Part shown: positions 36,475-46,342 of the stretch, in pieces
Position numbering within the stretch: position 1 is the stretch's first letter
Layout: the number at the start of each line of letters is the position of its first letter
From: Patescibacteria group bacterium
GTDB lineage: Bacteria > Patescibacteriota > Minisyncoccia > Phycocordibacterales > Phycocordibacteraceae
DNA length: 64,000 nt
Reading direction: 5' to 3'
Assembly: GCA_040388985.1 (NCBI GenBank)
Contig: JAZKAU010000002.1
Span: 183,642-247,641, forward strand
Made by a program: the position numbers and the translations under genes
Notes under the pieces: generated by a model
What the model saw: only the letters and a program-made list of their open reading frames with translations
The model's database searches: none
What the model was told of the DNA's origin: nothing

Positions 36475-37732
36475 ATTCCTCCACAAGTTCGGTATCGTGC
36501 TCGCGGACCGCGCGCTCCGCGCGCGCATCCTCTTCCTCATCGGCGCCGTCGCCGTCTTCCGTCTGCTCGCTGCCATACCGATTCCCGGAGTGAACCGCGC
36601 CGCTCTCGAAGAGTTCTTCACGACGAACCAGTTCGTAGGACTCCTCAACGTCTTCTCCGGAGGCGGCTTTTCCAATATCTCGCTCGTGCTGCTCGGCGTC
36701 GGGCCCTACATCACCGCATCCATCTTCATGCAGCTGTGCACCGTGCTCTTCCCGAAGATAAAGGAGATGTCGACCGAGGAAGGAGAGGCCGGCCGCGCCC
36801 GCTTCATCTCCATCTCGCGCATGATCACGATACCTATCGCGCTCCTGCAGGGAATCGCCTTTCTTTCGCTCCTTCAGAATCAGGGCATATTGAACGCGCT
36901 TACGCCGTTCCAGTTCGGCGTCGACGTTCTCCTTATCGCGGCAGGTACCATTCTGCTCATGTGGGTAGGCGAGCTCATGACGGAATTCGGTATCGGCAAC
37001 GGCGTCTCGCTCATCATCTTCGTCGGTATCGTCTCGCGCATCCCGGGCGGCATCGCGCAGCTCCTGTTCACGGCGACTGCGGCTAATATTCCCGCATACC
37101 TCGGTTTTGCGGCGCTTACGGTAGCGGTCGTGTATGCAGTCGTCGTCGTCGCAGACGCCGAGCGCTCCATACCTATAGCCTACGCACGCCAGATGCGCGC
37201 AGGCTCTTCAGGCGCGCCTACCTATCTTCCTATACGTCTCCTGCAGGCCGGCGTCATTCCGATAATCTTCGCGCTCTCGCTCCTGCTCCTGCCACAGCTC
37301 GTCCTTGCGGGACTCAGCGCCGGGCATGTGGGCTTCGCAGCTTCCGCCAACCTCTGGTACAAGGCCTTCGCGGCTAATACCTGGGCCTACAGCGCCGTCT
37401 ACTTCGCGCTCGTCGTCATGTTCACCTATTTCTACACGGCCATAACCTTCGAGCCGCATCGCGTCGCCGACAACCTCCAGAAGTCCGGCGCCTTCGTTCC
37501 TGGAGTCCGTCCCGGTCGCGAGACCGAGAACTACATCAGCACGGTCGTCAATCGCATCACCCTTCCGGGCGCGCTCTTCCTGGGCCTCGTCGCCGTCGTC
37601 CCGTTCATCATCCAGGGCATCACGGGCATCACCGCAATCCTCGTGGGCGGTACGGCGCTCCTCATCGCGGTTCAAGTTCTCCTCGATCTGGTCCGCAAGG
37701 TGGATGCCCAGGTCTCGCTCCGCGAATACTAG
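36464..37732 (+). CDS. secY: preprotein translocase SecY
   Basis: LGVGPYITASI, GIGNGVSLIIF, AGVIPIIFA, GAFVPGVRPG, GGTALLIAV. Confidence 0.97.
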   Translation: MFAKFLHKFGIVLADRALRARILFLIGAVAVFRLLAAIPIPGVNRAALEEFFTTNQFVGLLNVFSGGGFSNISLVLLGVGPYITASIFMQLCTVLFPKIKEMSTEEGEAGRARFISISRMITIPIALLQGIAFLSLLQNQGILNALTPFQFGVDVLLIAAGTILLMWVGELMTEFGIGNGVSLIIFVGIVSRIPGGIAQLLFTATAANIPAYLGFAALTVAVVYAVVVVADAERSIPIAYARQMRAGSSGAPTYLPIRLLQAGVIPIIFALSLLLLPQLVLAGLSAGHVGFAASANLWYKAFAANTWAYSAVYFALVVMFTYFYTAITFEPHRVADNLQKSGAFVPGVRPGRETENYISTVVNRITLPGALFLGLVAVVPFIIQGITGITAILVGGTALLIAVQVLLDLVRKVDAQVSLREY

Positions 37733-37753
37733 ATAAGCTGATAGACTTCCGGC

Positions 37754-38707
37754 ATGAAGCGAAGTCTCCTCGGCATCAGTGCGATTCTCATCCTTGCGAT
37801 TCTGGCGACAGCCTCTCTGCTCATCCCCAAAGCGTTAATGCCAGCCGATTCAGCTTCGTCTGCGTGGCTTCCCGCCAGTTCCTTGCCTACGCATTACGAT
37901 ATAAATAATGTCCTCACATGGTACTGGACCGATGGAACGAAGATCTATTGCATGGGCGGGACGATTCAGCGGGAATTGAAAGACGTTGATGTTGATACGT
38001 TCGAATTCTCTGCCCTTTATGCGTATGCAAGGGATAAGAACCATGTGTTCTATGGCGACGAGATCCTGCCGGGCGTAGATCCCGCGACCTTCGAAGTCCT
38101 CGATACGACGTACGCAAAAGACGCCACTCACGTCTATACCCAAGGAAACCAGCTCATAGAGGGTGCTGATGCCGCGACATTCACCAGCGTACCCGTTTCG
38201 CAATTCCAAGGTCCCTATGGAAAGGACAGGGCTCATGTGTACTGGCTCACCCATACGCTACCCAAGGCCGACCCCGCCACTTTCACAGTGAGTGACGAGG
38301 GCATTCACGATAAGAATTGGATATATCAGAACGATGGGCTATTCGGACCTGTATCGCTCATAACGGATAATCGGCGATACGCCGGCGCGCTTCCTGGTGA
38401 CTGCACCAAGGCAGGGAACGGACACGATCCTATCGTTCCTTCGAGCTACCCGGAACTATTTTCAGAGAATCTCCGGGTCATAGGATATGTGAGTAGTGAT
38501 GCGACGTGTGTTATAGATAAGGGATCTGGTACGGCGCAGTATTTTGAATACGGCACAGATCAGGGAGCGGAACTCTCGAAGGACGGCTCAAGACTCTATT
38601 TTATGAAGTATATGAGCGAAGGCCAGGCTGTGAATGGCGAGGAGTGTCCGTCGTGCGGCAAGTATGCTATCGATCGAATCACAGGAGTAATCAATAAGGT
38701 ACAGTAA
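37754..38707 (+). CDS. DKNYY-repeat family exported protein
   Basis: Repeats YARDKNHVFY, YAKDATHVY, YGKDRAHVY, HDKNWIY with DPATF linkers; N-terminal TM. Confidence 0.8.
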   Translation: MKRSLLGISAILILAILATASLLIPKALMPADSASSAWLPASSLPTHYDINNVLTWYWTDGTKIYCMGGTIQRELKDVDVDTFEFSALYAYARDKNHVFYGDEILPGVDPATFEVLDTTYAKDATHVYTQGNQLIEGADAATFTSVPVSQFQGPYGKDRAHVYWLTHTLPKADPATFTVSDEGIHDKNWIYQNDGLFGPVSLITDNRRYAGALPGDCTKAGNGHDPIVPSSYPELFSENLRVIGYVSSDATCVIDKGSGTAQYFEYGTDQGAELSKDGSRLYFMKYMSEGQAVNGEECPSCGKYAIDRITGVINKVQ

Positions 38708-38711
38708 GCAT

Positions 38712-39302
38712 ATGAATTATCCTGGAACCTTTGTCATCATCGTGGGCGCTGCAGGAAGCGGGAAGGGCGTCCTTATACGGCGTGCGAAGGAGCTGCATCC
38801 GGAGATCGTATTCGCTGTCAGCGCGACGACGCGCACGATACGTCCTGGAGAGACAGATGGCCATCCCTATCATTTCCTTTCGAAGGAAGCCTTCGAAGCG
38901 CGCATCGAATCAGGCGACTTCCTCGAATGGGCGGCTATAGATGGCGGGAAGCTCTATGGAACCCCGAAGGAGGAAGTGATCCCGGTACTCATGAGTGGGG
39001 GTATCGTACTGAAGGAGATGGAGGTCCAGGGTGTGCACCAAGTGCAGCAGATCCTCCCGAAGGAGAATCTGGTGACGGTCTATATCGATGCGGGGCCATG
39101 GGAGAGTCTGTCCAAGCGCATACAGGGGCGCGCTCCTATAAGCGCCGAAGAGCTCGAATCCAGGCGGCTGCGATTTGAATACGAGAAGTCATTCAAGGAT
39201 GAAGCGACGTACGTCGTAGAGAATCTGGACGGCAGATTCGATGAGGCCGACGCGGCCTTCGCTGATATCATCAGCGGGGTCATCACAGGTGCGAAGCAGT
39301 AG
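38712..39302 (+). CDS. gmk: guanylate kinase
   Basis: GAAGSGKG, SATTR..RPGETDG..YHF, FLEWA, YGT. Confidence 0.93.
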   Translation: MNYPGTFVIIVGAAGSGKGVLIRRAKELHPEIVFAVSATTRTIRPGETDGHPYHFLSKEAFEARIESGDFLEWAAIDGGKLYGTPKEEVIPVLMSGGIVLKEMEVQGVHQVQQILPKENLVTVYIDAGPWESLSKRIQGRAPISAEELESRRLRFEYEKSFKDEATYVVENLDGRFDEADAAFADIISGVITGAKQ

Positions 39303-39326
39303 GTTTATTGCTACGATAGATACTGC

Positions 39327-39908
39327 ATGGAACGCGCGACTACTAATACGATACTCCTTATCGGCAAGCCCGGAAGCGGGAAGGGAACACAGGCCAAGCT
39401 CCTATCCGAGCGTCTCGGGTGGATACGCCTCTCGTCGGGGGATAGGTTCAAGCAGATACGAGATGGCAGCGAGCCGTTCTCGGAACGCGTACGGTCCATA
39501 TACGACAAAGGCACGCTTTTGCCGGATTGGTTCGCTGACTATCTGCTCGAGAGCAGCTTACTCAGTCTTGATGCGCACGTCGGAGTCATCTGCGAGGGGT
39601 TCGGAAGGACGCTCAGTCAGGCACAGCACCTGAGCGAGATAACCGAATGGCTTGGCAGGAGTCTTTTGGTGATAAACCTTGAGGTATCCGACGAGGAAGT
39701 CGTGCGGCGGATGATGAGCCGCAGCCTCGTGCAGGATCGTCCGGACAGTAACAGCGAAGAGAAGATACGCACACGGCTCGCGCAGTTCGCGAGCGAGACC
39801 GCTCCTGCCCTCGAATTCTTCAAGAAGCTCGGACTCGTGAAGGATGTAGACGGCGAACTCAATCCGGAGGGAGTCGCAGGCGCTATCGAAGCTACCCTCA
39901 AGGCATAA
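39327..39908 (+). CDS. adk: adenylate kinase (short LID type)
   Basis: GKPGSGKGTQA, SSGDRF, GFGRT..QA, RPD; precedes map. Confidence 0.9.
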   Translation: MERATTNTILLIGKPGSGKGTQAKLLSERLGWIRLSSGDRFKQIRDGSEPFSERVRSIYDKGTLLPDWFADYLLESSLLSLDAHVGVICEGFGRTLSQAQHLSEITEWLGRSLLVINLEVSDEEVVRRMMSRSLVQDRPDSNSEEKIRTRLAQFASETAPALEFFKKLGLVKDVDGELNPEGVAGAIEATLKA

Positions 39909-39913
39909 GCTGC

Positions 39914-40693
39914 ATGATCGTACGAACACCTGAAGAACGCACCGACATCATCGAAGCCGGACGCCGGCTCGGCGCGGTGATAGATGAGGTAGCGAAAGCC
40001 GTGAAGCCTGGAGTTTCCACGCTCGAACTCGACACGCTTGCAGAGTCCCTCATCCGCGAAGGAGGCGACGTGCCAGCCTTCAAGGGCTACACGCCTGAGG
40101 GCGTCTCGTACCCGTACCCAGCGACGCTCTGCGTGTCCGTGAACGACGAAGTCGTTCACGGTATTCCGTCCGCTTCGCGGCGGCTTATGGAAGGGGATAT
40201 AGTCTCCCTTGATCTGGGACTCATTCATAACGGCCTCGTGACCGACTCTGCGACTACGGTTGCCGTGGGAACGACCGACAAGCAGTCTTATGCGCTCATG
40301 GACGCCACGCGTGAGTCTTTGGAGGCTGCTATACGGGCCGCTCGCCCGGGAAACAGGATAGGGGACATCTCGCACGCAACTGAAGAAGCGTTCAAGGACA
40401 CCGGCTTTTCTGTAGTTAAGGTTCTCGGCGGACACGGCGTAGGTCGCGCAGTGCACGAGGAGCCGTTCATCGGAAATGCAGGACATCCTGGAACGGGCCC
40501 CGAGATAGTGTCCGGCATGGTGCTTGCGCTTGAACCTATCGCGAACGCTGGGAAAGCCGCCGTGCACCTGATGCCCGACGATTATACCTTCCGCACTCGC
40601 GACGGCTCGAAGAGCGCGCATTTCGAGCACACCATACTCATCGAAGACGACGAGACAATCGTCATAACCCGTAGAGCGAGCGAAGCCGCGTAG
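39914..40693 (+). CDS. map: methionine aminopeptidase type I
   Basis: CVSVNDEVVHGIP, DIVSLD, GHGVG..HEEP, EP, SAHFEHT. Confidence 0.96.
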   Translation: MIVRTPEERTDIIEAGRRLGAVIDEVAKAVKPGVSTLELDTLAESLIREGGDVPAFKGYTPEGVSYPYPATLCVSVNDEVVHGIPSASRRLMEGDIVSLDLGLIHNGLVTDSATTVAVGTTDKQSYALMDATRESLEAAIRAARPGNRIGDISHATEEAFKDTGFSVVKVLGGHGVGRAVHEEPFIGNAGHPGTGPEIVSGMVLALEPIANAGKAAVHLMPDDYTFRTRDGSKSAHFEHTILIEDDETIVITRRASEAA

Positions 40694-40760
40694 CTCCTTC
40701 ATGAAGTCCTCACCCTGCAGGTGGGAAACTGGATGGATACTCATCTAACATTTCTAGACT

Positions 40761-40991
40761 ATGACAACTATCGTCAATACTCCTAATTCAGACGGAGGAG
40801 GAAGTAGCGGATGGGTCGTCGCGGTTATCGTACTGCTCGTCGTCATTATCGGCGGATACTTCGCCTGGGCGCATTACGGACGTTCAGCTCCGGCAAGTCC
40901 TTCCGCGAACATAAACGTGACGCTTCCTGGGGGAGGCAGCGATAGCGGCGCTCCGACTCCGGCTCCTCAGAGCTCCGGTACCGGGTACTAA
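40761..40991 (+). CDS. small single-TM protein
   Basis: TTIVNTP..GWVVAVIVLLVVIIGG..INVTLP; followed by a terminator. Confidence 0.7.
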   Translation: MTTIVNTPNSDGGGSSGWVVAVIVLLVVIIGGYFAWAHYGRSAPASPSANINVTLPGGGSDSGAPTPAPQSSGTGY

Positions 40992-41000
40992 GACCGACTG

Positions 41001-41044
41001 ACCAAAACAAGCCCGGCCGCTCGCGCGGCCGGGCTTGTTTTGGT
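41001..41044 (+). terminator. terminator with 20-bp arms
   Basis: ACCAAAACAAGCCCGGCCGC-tcgc-GCGGCCGGGCTTGTTTTGGT. Confidence 0.78.
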
Positions 41045-41090
41045 ATACTGCATGCATATAAGCGCCGCAGGCGATTTTTCATTCCAGGAC

Positions 41091-41702
41091 ATGTCCACCC
41101 CTCACCCAAGCTCCGAGCGTACGCTCGTTATCGTTAAGCCAGACGGCGTTCAGCGCGGTCTCATCGGCGAAGCCATCAAGCGCTATGAGAATGTCGGTCT
41201 CAAACTCGTCGGCATAAAGATCGGCGTGCCTGATGCCGAGAAGATTGAGCAGCACTACACGCTTGATCCCGAGTGGCGCCGTATCACCGGCGAGAAGACC
41301 ATCGAGAGCTACCGTAAGAAAGACCTCACCCCACCGTCCGAAGATCCGCTCGAGATAACGGCAGTCATCCTGGCGAATCTCAAGACCTATATGACCTCGG
41401 GCCCCGTAGTCTTCATGGTCTGGCAGGGCGCGCATGCGGTGAAGATCGTCCGTAAGTTGACCGGCGGCACCGAGCCGCTCACGTCAGATGTCGGTACCAT
41501 CCGTGGCGACTACGTCCTCGACTCCTATCAGATGTCAGACCGTGATAATCGCGCTGTCCGTAATGTCATTCATGCCTCCGGCTCGCCTGAAGAGGCTGAT
41601 ATGGAAATCAAGCACTGGTTCCTTCCGAGCGAACTCGTCGAATATCGTCTTCTCAACGAAAGCATCCTCTACGACGCCAACCTCGACGGCATCCTCGACT
41701 AA
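41091..41702 (+). CDS. ndk: nucleoside diphosphate kinase
   Basis: ERTLVIVKPDGVQRGLIGE, YMTSGPV, GTIRGDY, NVIHASGS. Confidence 0.95.
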   Translation: MSTPHPSSERTLVIVKPDGVQRGLIGEAIKRYENVGLKLVGIKIGVPDAEKIEQHYTLDPEWRRITGEKTIESYRKKDLTPPSEDPLEITAVILANLKTYMTSGPVVFMVWQGAHAVKIVRKLTGGTEPLTSDVGTIRGDYVLDSYQMSDRDNRAVRNVIHASGSPEEADMEIKHWFLPSELVEYRLLNESILYDANLDGILD

Positions 41703-41707
41703 TTCCC

Positions 41708-41766
41708 GCAAGATAGTGAAAAACCCCTGGAATGCATCGCATTCCAGGGGTTTTTCACTATCTTGC
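41708..41766. terminator. perfect inverted repeat with 28-bp arms after ndk
   Basis: GCAAGATAGTGAAAAACCCCTGGAATGC-atc-GCATTCCAGGGGTTTTTCACTATCTTGC. Confidence 0.78.
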
Positions 41767-41782
41767 CAATAGGCTATACTGG

Positions 41783-41955
41783 CTTTCGTAGTCATCCCAA
41801 ACGTCAACTTGTACATTCCTCGGGAGTCTTATATCCCGCGAATTCAGTGATGGCCTTCGGCTGTCTACGAACGCGCGATGCGGACACCCACGTGGCTTCG
41901 AAAGTTGCCACACGGGGTGGCTACGCGACAAAACCGGCCTTGGCCGGTTTTGTCG
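41783..41955 (+). ncRNA. candidate stand-alone structured RNA (unassigned; 6S-like is one option)
   Basis: TATACT at 41775-41780 upstream; TTCGTAG/CTACGAA closes a long bulged hairpin; second hairpin CACCC..GTGGC/GCCAC..GGGTG; terminator CGACAAAACCGGCC/GGCCGGTTTTGTCG. Confidence 0.5.
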
Positions 41956-41993
41956 TTCAGGCTCTTCCATGTCGGTGTGCTAGGCTTAGACCT

Positions 41994-42350
41994 ATGAACC
42001 GAAGGCCGCTCTTCGCAGCGCTCATCCTGACCGCTCTCCTGCTCGCGCTGCATCTCTACGGCCTCTCGACCTATTTCTATTGGTATCATCGTTGGTTCGA
42101 CATACCGATGCATATCCTCGGTGGAGCAGCTATCGGTGCATTTCTCCTTGCCTTCTTTGCGGTGCGCCGCACAGCGCTCTACTTCTCCTGCATGCTCGCC
42201 GTTGCCGTCATATGGGAGATTTTTGAGTACATCATGGGTATCTCTACCGGGCAATCCGGCTATTGGTTCGACACGATAAAAGATATACTTGATGGAATGA
42301 TCGGCTCCGGCATTACGTTCGCAGTCGCTAAGAAATCAACATGGCATTAA
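41994..42350 (+). CDS. small membrane protein
   Basis: WFDIPMHILGG, WEIFEY, DTIKDI..G pattern in a 4-TM protein. Confidence 0.75.
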   Translation: MNRRPLFAALILTALLLALHLYGLSTYFYWYHRWFDIPMHILGGAAIGAFLLAFFAVRRTALYFSCMLAVAVIWEIFEYIMGISTGQSGYWFDTIKDILDGMIGSGITFAVAKKSTWH

Positions 42351-43738
42351 CTCTTACATTCTCAGGCGGTGCTGAAACGGTGACCGGTTCGAATTTCCTC
42401 GTGGAAGGTCCGAAGGGGAAGCTGCTGGTCGACTGCGGCATCGAGCAAGGCAAGGACTTCTGCCAAGAGTGCATGTATGCGCCCTTTCCGTACGACGTAC
42501 CGAGCGTGAACGCAGTCGTCATCACCCACGCGCATCTCGACCACATCGGACGTCTCCCGAAGCTCATGCGCGAAGGCTTCAAAGGGAAGATTTACATGAC
42601 TGCGCCCACAAAGGACCTGACCCAGCTCATTCTCGACGACTCGGCGCGCATCATGGCGGAGGACGCGCGCGAAAAAGGATTGCCGCTTCTCTATGACGAG
42701 CGCGATGTCCTCGCTGCCATGGCGCTCGTGGAAATCGTCGACTACCACGTTGAGTGGGAAGCCGCGCCAGGCCTCTCCTGCATCCTGCGGAACACCGGGC
42801 ACATCTTAGGCTCTGCCTCCGTGCGCATCCGCGACCTATCGGACGGCCCTGACGGCGTGACGCTCGCGCTTACTGGCGACATCGGCAACTCGCCGTCGCC
42901 GTATCTGCCGGACCCCGAAGCTATTCCCGACGCCGATGTCATGGTCATGGAGAGCGTCTATGGCGATAGGCTCCACACGCACGTAAGCGAACGCGTGGAC
43001 GAGCTTCAGAAGGCACTCGGCGCGGCAATTGCGCGCGGCGGCACCATTCTCATCCCCGCCTTCTCGCTCGAGCGTACCCAGCTCATGCTCTACGAGATGA
43101 GCAATCTCATGGAAGCGGGGAAGCTGCCGAAGATCCCGGTCTTCCTCGACTCCCCGCTCGCCATCAAAGCCACCGACGTATATCGCAAATGGGCGGAGAA
43201 ATTCTTCAAGGACGCCGTAAAGGACGAATTGCATCGCGAACATGACATCTTCAATTTCCCGTTTCTCACCGAGACCCTCACGCGCGAAGAATCAGAGAAG
43301 ATAGCGAGCGCTCCGTCGCCTAAGATAATCATGGCGGGCGCGGGCATGTCGCACGGCGGCCGTATCGGCCGCTGGGAGCAGCTCTATCTTCCGGACCCAA
43401 CCACCACGCTCTTCATCGTCGGCTATCAGGCTCCCGGCTCTCCCGGGCGCCTGCTCCAGGACGGCGCTACCAGCGTCCGGCTGGGCGGAAAGGCAGTCTC
43501 CATACGCGCGCAGATACAGTCCTTCACCGGCTGGTCAGCGCATGCCGATCGTGACGGGCTCCTCGCCTTCGCAAAGATGACCCTTCCGCGCACGAAGACC
43601 ATCTTCACAGCGCTCGGTGAGCCGTCAGCAAGCCGCTTCCTCGCGCAGCGCATCCATGACTACTTGGGCGTAAAGGCGATCGTACCCACTGAAGGCCAGA
43701 AGTGGCAGATTACCAAGGACGGTGTACGAGAAATCTAG
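42341..43738 (+). CDS. MBL-fold beta-CASP ribonuclease
   Basis: VTGS, LVDCG, THAHLDHIG, GHILGS, GDIG, ESVYGDR, AGMSHGGR, SAHAD. Confidence 0.92.
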   Translation: MALTLTFSGGAETVTGSNFLVEGPKGKLLVDCGIEQGKDFCQECMYAPFPYDVPSVNAVVITHAHLDHIGRLPKLMREGFKGKIYMTAPTKDLTQLILDDSARIMAEDAREKGLPLLYDERDVLAAMALVEIVDYHVEWEAAPGLSCILRNTGHILGSASVRIRDLSDGPDGVTLALTGDIGNSPSPYLPDPEAIPDADVMVMESVYGDRLHTHVSERVDELQKALGAAIARGGTILIPAFSLERTQLMLYEMSNLMEAGKLPKIPVFLDSPLAIKATDVYRKWAEKFFKDAVKDELHREHDIFNFPFLTETLTREESEKIASAPSPKIIMAGAGMSHGGRIGRWEQLYLPDPTTTLFIVGYQAPGSPGRLLQDGATSVRLGGKAVSIRAQIQSFTGWSAHADRDGLLAFAKMTLPRTKTIFTALGEPSASRFLAQRIHDYLGVKAIVPTEGQKWQITKDGVREI

Positions 43739-43741
43739 TTT

Positions 43742-44377
43742 ATGAATAGTTATAGAATCTACGGAATAGCATGTGTCGTAGCATGCCCCATCGTAGTTTC
43801 TGGAGTGCTAGTCTTCAGGCACCTGCATACCGCTTCTACTGATACCTCGAGCTTGCCCGAAGCTTCCCAAGAACAGACTCCCGAGCAGAAAGCCGGGGAA
43901 ATAGAGAAAAGCTATACGCTCGCTGCAGACGAGCACAGGCTTATCGTCGCCGGTGAGCGGAACTCATATTACTGTAAGATTCGCCACGGATACGAAGGAC
44001 CCGACTCATGCGGAATCTTTCTAGAGAACGGAGGTGTGTATACATATACTGGCTTTACGGCAACTGATCCGGACTCAACGCTGCTGGTATCGCCGGATAA
44101 GAAGCATATCCTCGTTATTCCCGCTATGGACACGGCTGTGCTCATTACGGTTCTGGACGGATCAAGCCGGGCAATCTACACGGCTCCAAAAGATACGTAT
44201 CTGGGGGTGCTTACGGGCAATGCCGACTTTAAGGGTCGCGCGCGCTGGAGTGACAATTCGCATATCGAGTTGAAGGTCTACTCAGTGGAAGACGCGGGGA
44301 CTGATGAAAGAAATGAGGTAATCGGCAAGGGGAAAGAGGAGTCCAAACCGGTACAGACCGAGATGGTTAGTATTTAA
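43742..44377 (+). CDS. hypothetical membrane-anchored protein
   Basis: N-terminal hydrophobic anchor; beta-rich body (VSPDKKH). Confidence 0.65.
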   Translation: MNSYRIYGIACVVACPIVVSGVLVFRHLHTASTDTSSLPEASQEQTPEQKAGEIEKSYTLAADEHRLIVAGERNSYYCKIRHGYEGPDSCGIFLENGGVYTYTGFTATDPDSTLLVSPDKKHILVIPAMDTAVLITVLDGSSRAIYTAPKDTYLGVLTGNADFKGRARWSDNSHIELKVYSVEDAGTDERNEVIGKGKEESKPVQTEMVSI

Positions 44378-44388
44378 TCTTCTATCTT

Positions 44389-44724
44389 ATGGCACTAGCG
44401 CATTCACAAGTAACGACCGCATTCGAGCTCGACGGTCATCGTATCACCAAGAACCTCGGAATCGTCCGTGGCATCACGGTGCGCTCGCGTTCGATCGTGG
44501 GCTCTATCGGCGCAGGCTTCCAGTCGATACTGGGCGGCAACATCACGCTTCTCGAGACGCTCTGTGAGCGCGCTCGGGAGCAGGCATTCGAGCGTCTGCT
44601 TGAACACGCTGAAGCCATGGGCGCGAACGCCGTCATTGGCATGCGGTATGACGCCACCGAGATTGGCTCAGGAATCACCGAAGTCCTCGCCTACGGTACG
44701 GCGGTTGCTACTGAATCCGCGTAG
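44389..44724 (+). CDS. YbjQ/UPF0145 family protein
   Basis: [32 protein letters not shown]. Confidence 0.92.
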   Translation: MALAHSQVTTAFELDGHRITKNLGIVRGITVRSRSIVGSIGAGFQSILGGNITLLETLCERAREQAFERLLEHAEAMGANAVIGMRYDATEIGSGITEVLAYGTAVATESA

Positions 44725-44788
44725 AGGGATAGTGAATGGTCCCATGGTGCTATAGTTACTTCACACAAACATAATCATTATTCTTTAC

Positions 44789-45106
44789 ATGCACACAGGA
44801 TCTATAGTCGGCCTTTTACTCGAAATTGCTCTCGTAGTTGCGGCTTTTCGCGCAATGGCCTCAGTCCGGTCAACGGTATCCAAAGGACAGGTTTCTCAGC
44901 AGAAGCTTGTTGGAAATACGAAGGTAGAAGTAGTCGTTCTGGTGCTTGCAAGCCCGATACTCGCACAGGCTATCTTCTACTACGGTTGGAAGAAACAGCT
45001 CCCAGCAATGGCTCGCAGCGCTAACTTATTCGGGTGGTTATCCATCGTCTTGTGGATTGTCCTGCTCTTTGTTGGGCACTATGTTACTGGGCCTTTATTT
45101 AGCTAG
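44789..45106 (+). CDS. hypothetical membrane protein
   Basis: Three hydrophobic segments, IFYYGWKKQLP. Confidence 0.65.
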   Translation: MHTGSIVGLLLEIALVVAAFRAMASVRSTVSKGQVSQQKLVGNTKVEVVVLVLASPILAQAIFYYGWKKQLPAMARSANLFGWLSIVLWIVLLFVGHYVTGPLFS

Positions 45107-45108
45107 TT

Positions 45109-45155
45109 GCCCTAACAAAAAGCGCCCGGCTTTGACGGGCGCTTTTTGTTAGGGC
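45109..45155. terminator. bidirectional terminator between convergent genes
   Basis: GCCCTAACAAAAAGCGCCCG-7 nt-CGGGCGCTTTTTGTTAGGGC. Confidence 0.8.
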
Positions 45156-45162
45156 GTTGAAT

Positions 45163-45513
45163 TTACGCCTGCACCTGCTTAGCTATGCGTACGAATACCT
45201 CAGGATGATTCTGGGCGAATTCCGAGAGAACCTTACGGTCGAGTCCCATCTCCTTGCCCTTGAGCTTATTGATGAAGGTGCTGTAGGACTGGTAGCCCTG
45301 CTCGCGGATGGCGGCATTGAGGCGTACGATCCAGAGCTGACGGTAATCCGTCTTCTTGTCGCGGCGGTGATTGAAAGCGTTCTTGCCGGCGTGCACGAGC
45401 GATTCCTTCGCGAGGCGTTCCTTGGTCCCGCGGCCATGGCGGTATCCCTTGGCGCGCGCAAGCACGTTGCGACGGCGCTTGGCTGAAATGACTCCTCCTT
45501 TTACTCGTGACAT
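45163..45513 (-). CDS. rplT: 50S ribosomal protein L20
   Basis: MSRVKGG..AKGY, RQLWIVRLNAA, LDRKVLS. Confidence 0.97.
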   Translation of the reverse strand: MSRVKGGVISAKRRRNVLARAKGYRHGRGTKERLAKESLVHAGKNAFNHRRDKKTDYRQLWIVRLNAAIREQGYQSYSTFINKLKGKEMGLDRKVLSEFAQNHPEVFVRIAKQVQA

Positions 45514-45552
45514 ACCAGGATTACTTAAAAGATTAAAGAATTGCTCGGCCGA

Positions 45553-45744
45553 TTATTTGCTCGGCGTCGAGAGGAAACTGCGGCGGATGTGATTGCTCAC
45601 GGTCAGCGACTGTGCGCGCTTCTTCACGCCCTTGGTGCGGCCGCTTTCCTTCGCGTTGAAATGGTCCTGACCTGCCTTGCGCACGACAAGCTTGCCGGTC
45701 TTCGTGACGCGTATGCGCTTCGTATAGGATTTGTTAGTTTTCAT
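45553..45744 (-). CDS. rpmI: 50S ribosomal protein L35
   Basis: MKTNKSYTKRIRVTKTGK..HFNAK; lies between infC and rplT. Confidence 0.92.
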   Translation of the reverse strand: MKTNKSYTKRIRVTKTGKLVVRKAGQDHFNAKESGRTKGVKKRAQSLTVSNHIRRSFLSTPSK

Positions 45745-46342
45745 GAGTTTCGGTTGATGAGTCTGGCACGGCGGCTAGGACAGGTGATGCTTCTCCTTCG
45801 GGCTTTGGCGCGGTAGCGCCTGCCTTCGGATCTCGCTCGATGATGGTAGCGAAGCCCTTAGGGGCTCGCGCTACCGGGTCAGCGATGCGATACGCGTACG
45901 GTATGAGCAAGAGGAACTTCTCGAGCCGGGTCTTGAGGAAGGCTTCTTCCATGCCCTTATAACGTCCCTTGAGGAAGAGCTCCGCACGGACCCGGTGACC
46001 CTCAGCCAGCCATTCGGCCGCTTTCCGAGCCTTCAGACGCATATCGTTCTCGCCGGTGCCGACCTTTATCTGCACTTCCTTGGTTTCCGAGACCTTTGCC
46101 TTAGCCCTGGCGGCGCTCTCCTTCTTCTTCAGCTCGTACTGAAATTTACCATAATCCATGATTTTCGCAACGGGCGGGGCCGCATTCGGCGAGATCTCGA
46201 TAAGGTCAAGGCCGGCTGCCTGGGCAGCTTTCAGGGCGTCTGCGCTTGAAATAACGCCCAGATTCTCACCTGCAGCGCCGATAACGCGCAATTGCGGCGC
46301 GCCTATCTCGCGATTTATACGTACTTTCTCGTTAGTTGCCAT
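45734..46342 (-). CDS. infC: translation initiation factor IF-3
   Basis: RINREI, LDLIEISPNAAPPVAKIMDYGKFQYE, KEVQI. Confidence 0.96.
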   Translation of the reverse strand: MATNEKVRINREIGAPQLRVIGAAGENLGVISSADALKAAQAAGLDLIEISPNAAPPVAKIMDYGKFQYELKKKESAARAKAKVSETKEVQIKVGTGENDMRLKARKAAEWLAEGHRVRAELFLKGRYKGMEEAFLKTRLEKFLLLIPYAYRIADPVARAPKGFATIIERDPKAGATAPKPEGEASPVLAAVPDSSTETHEN

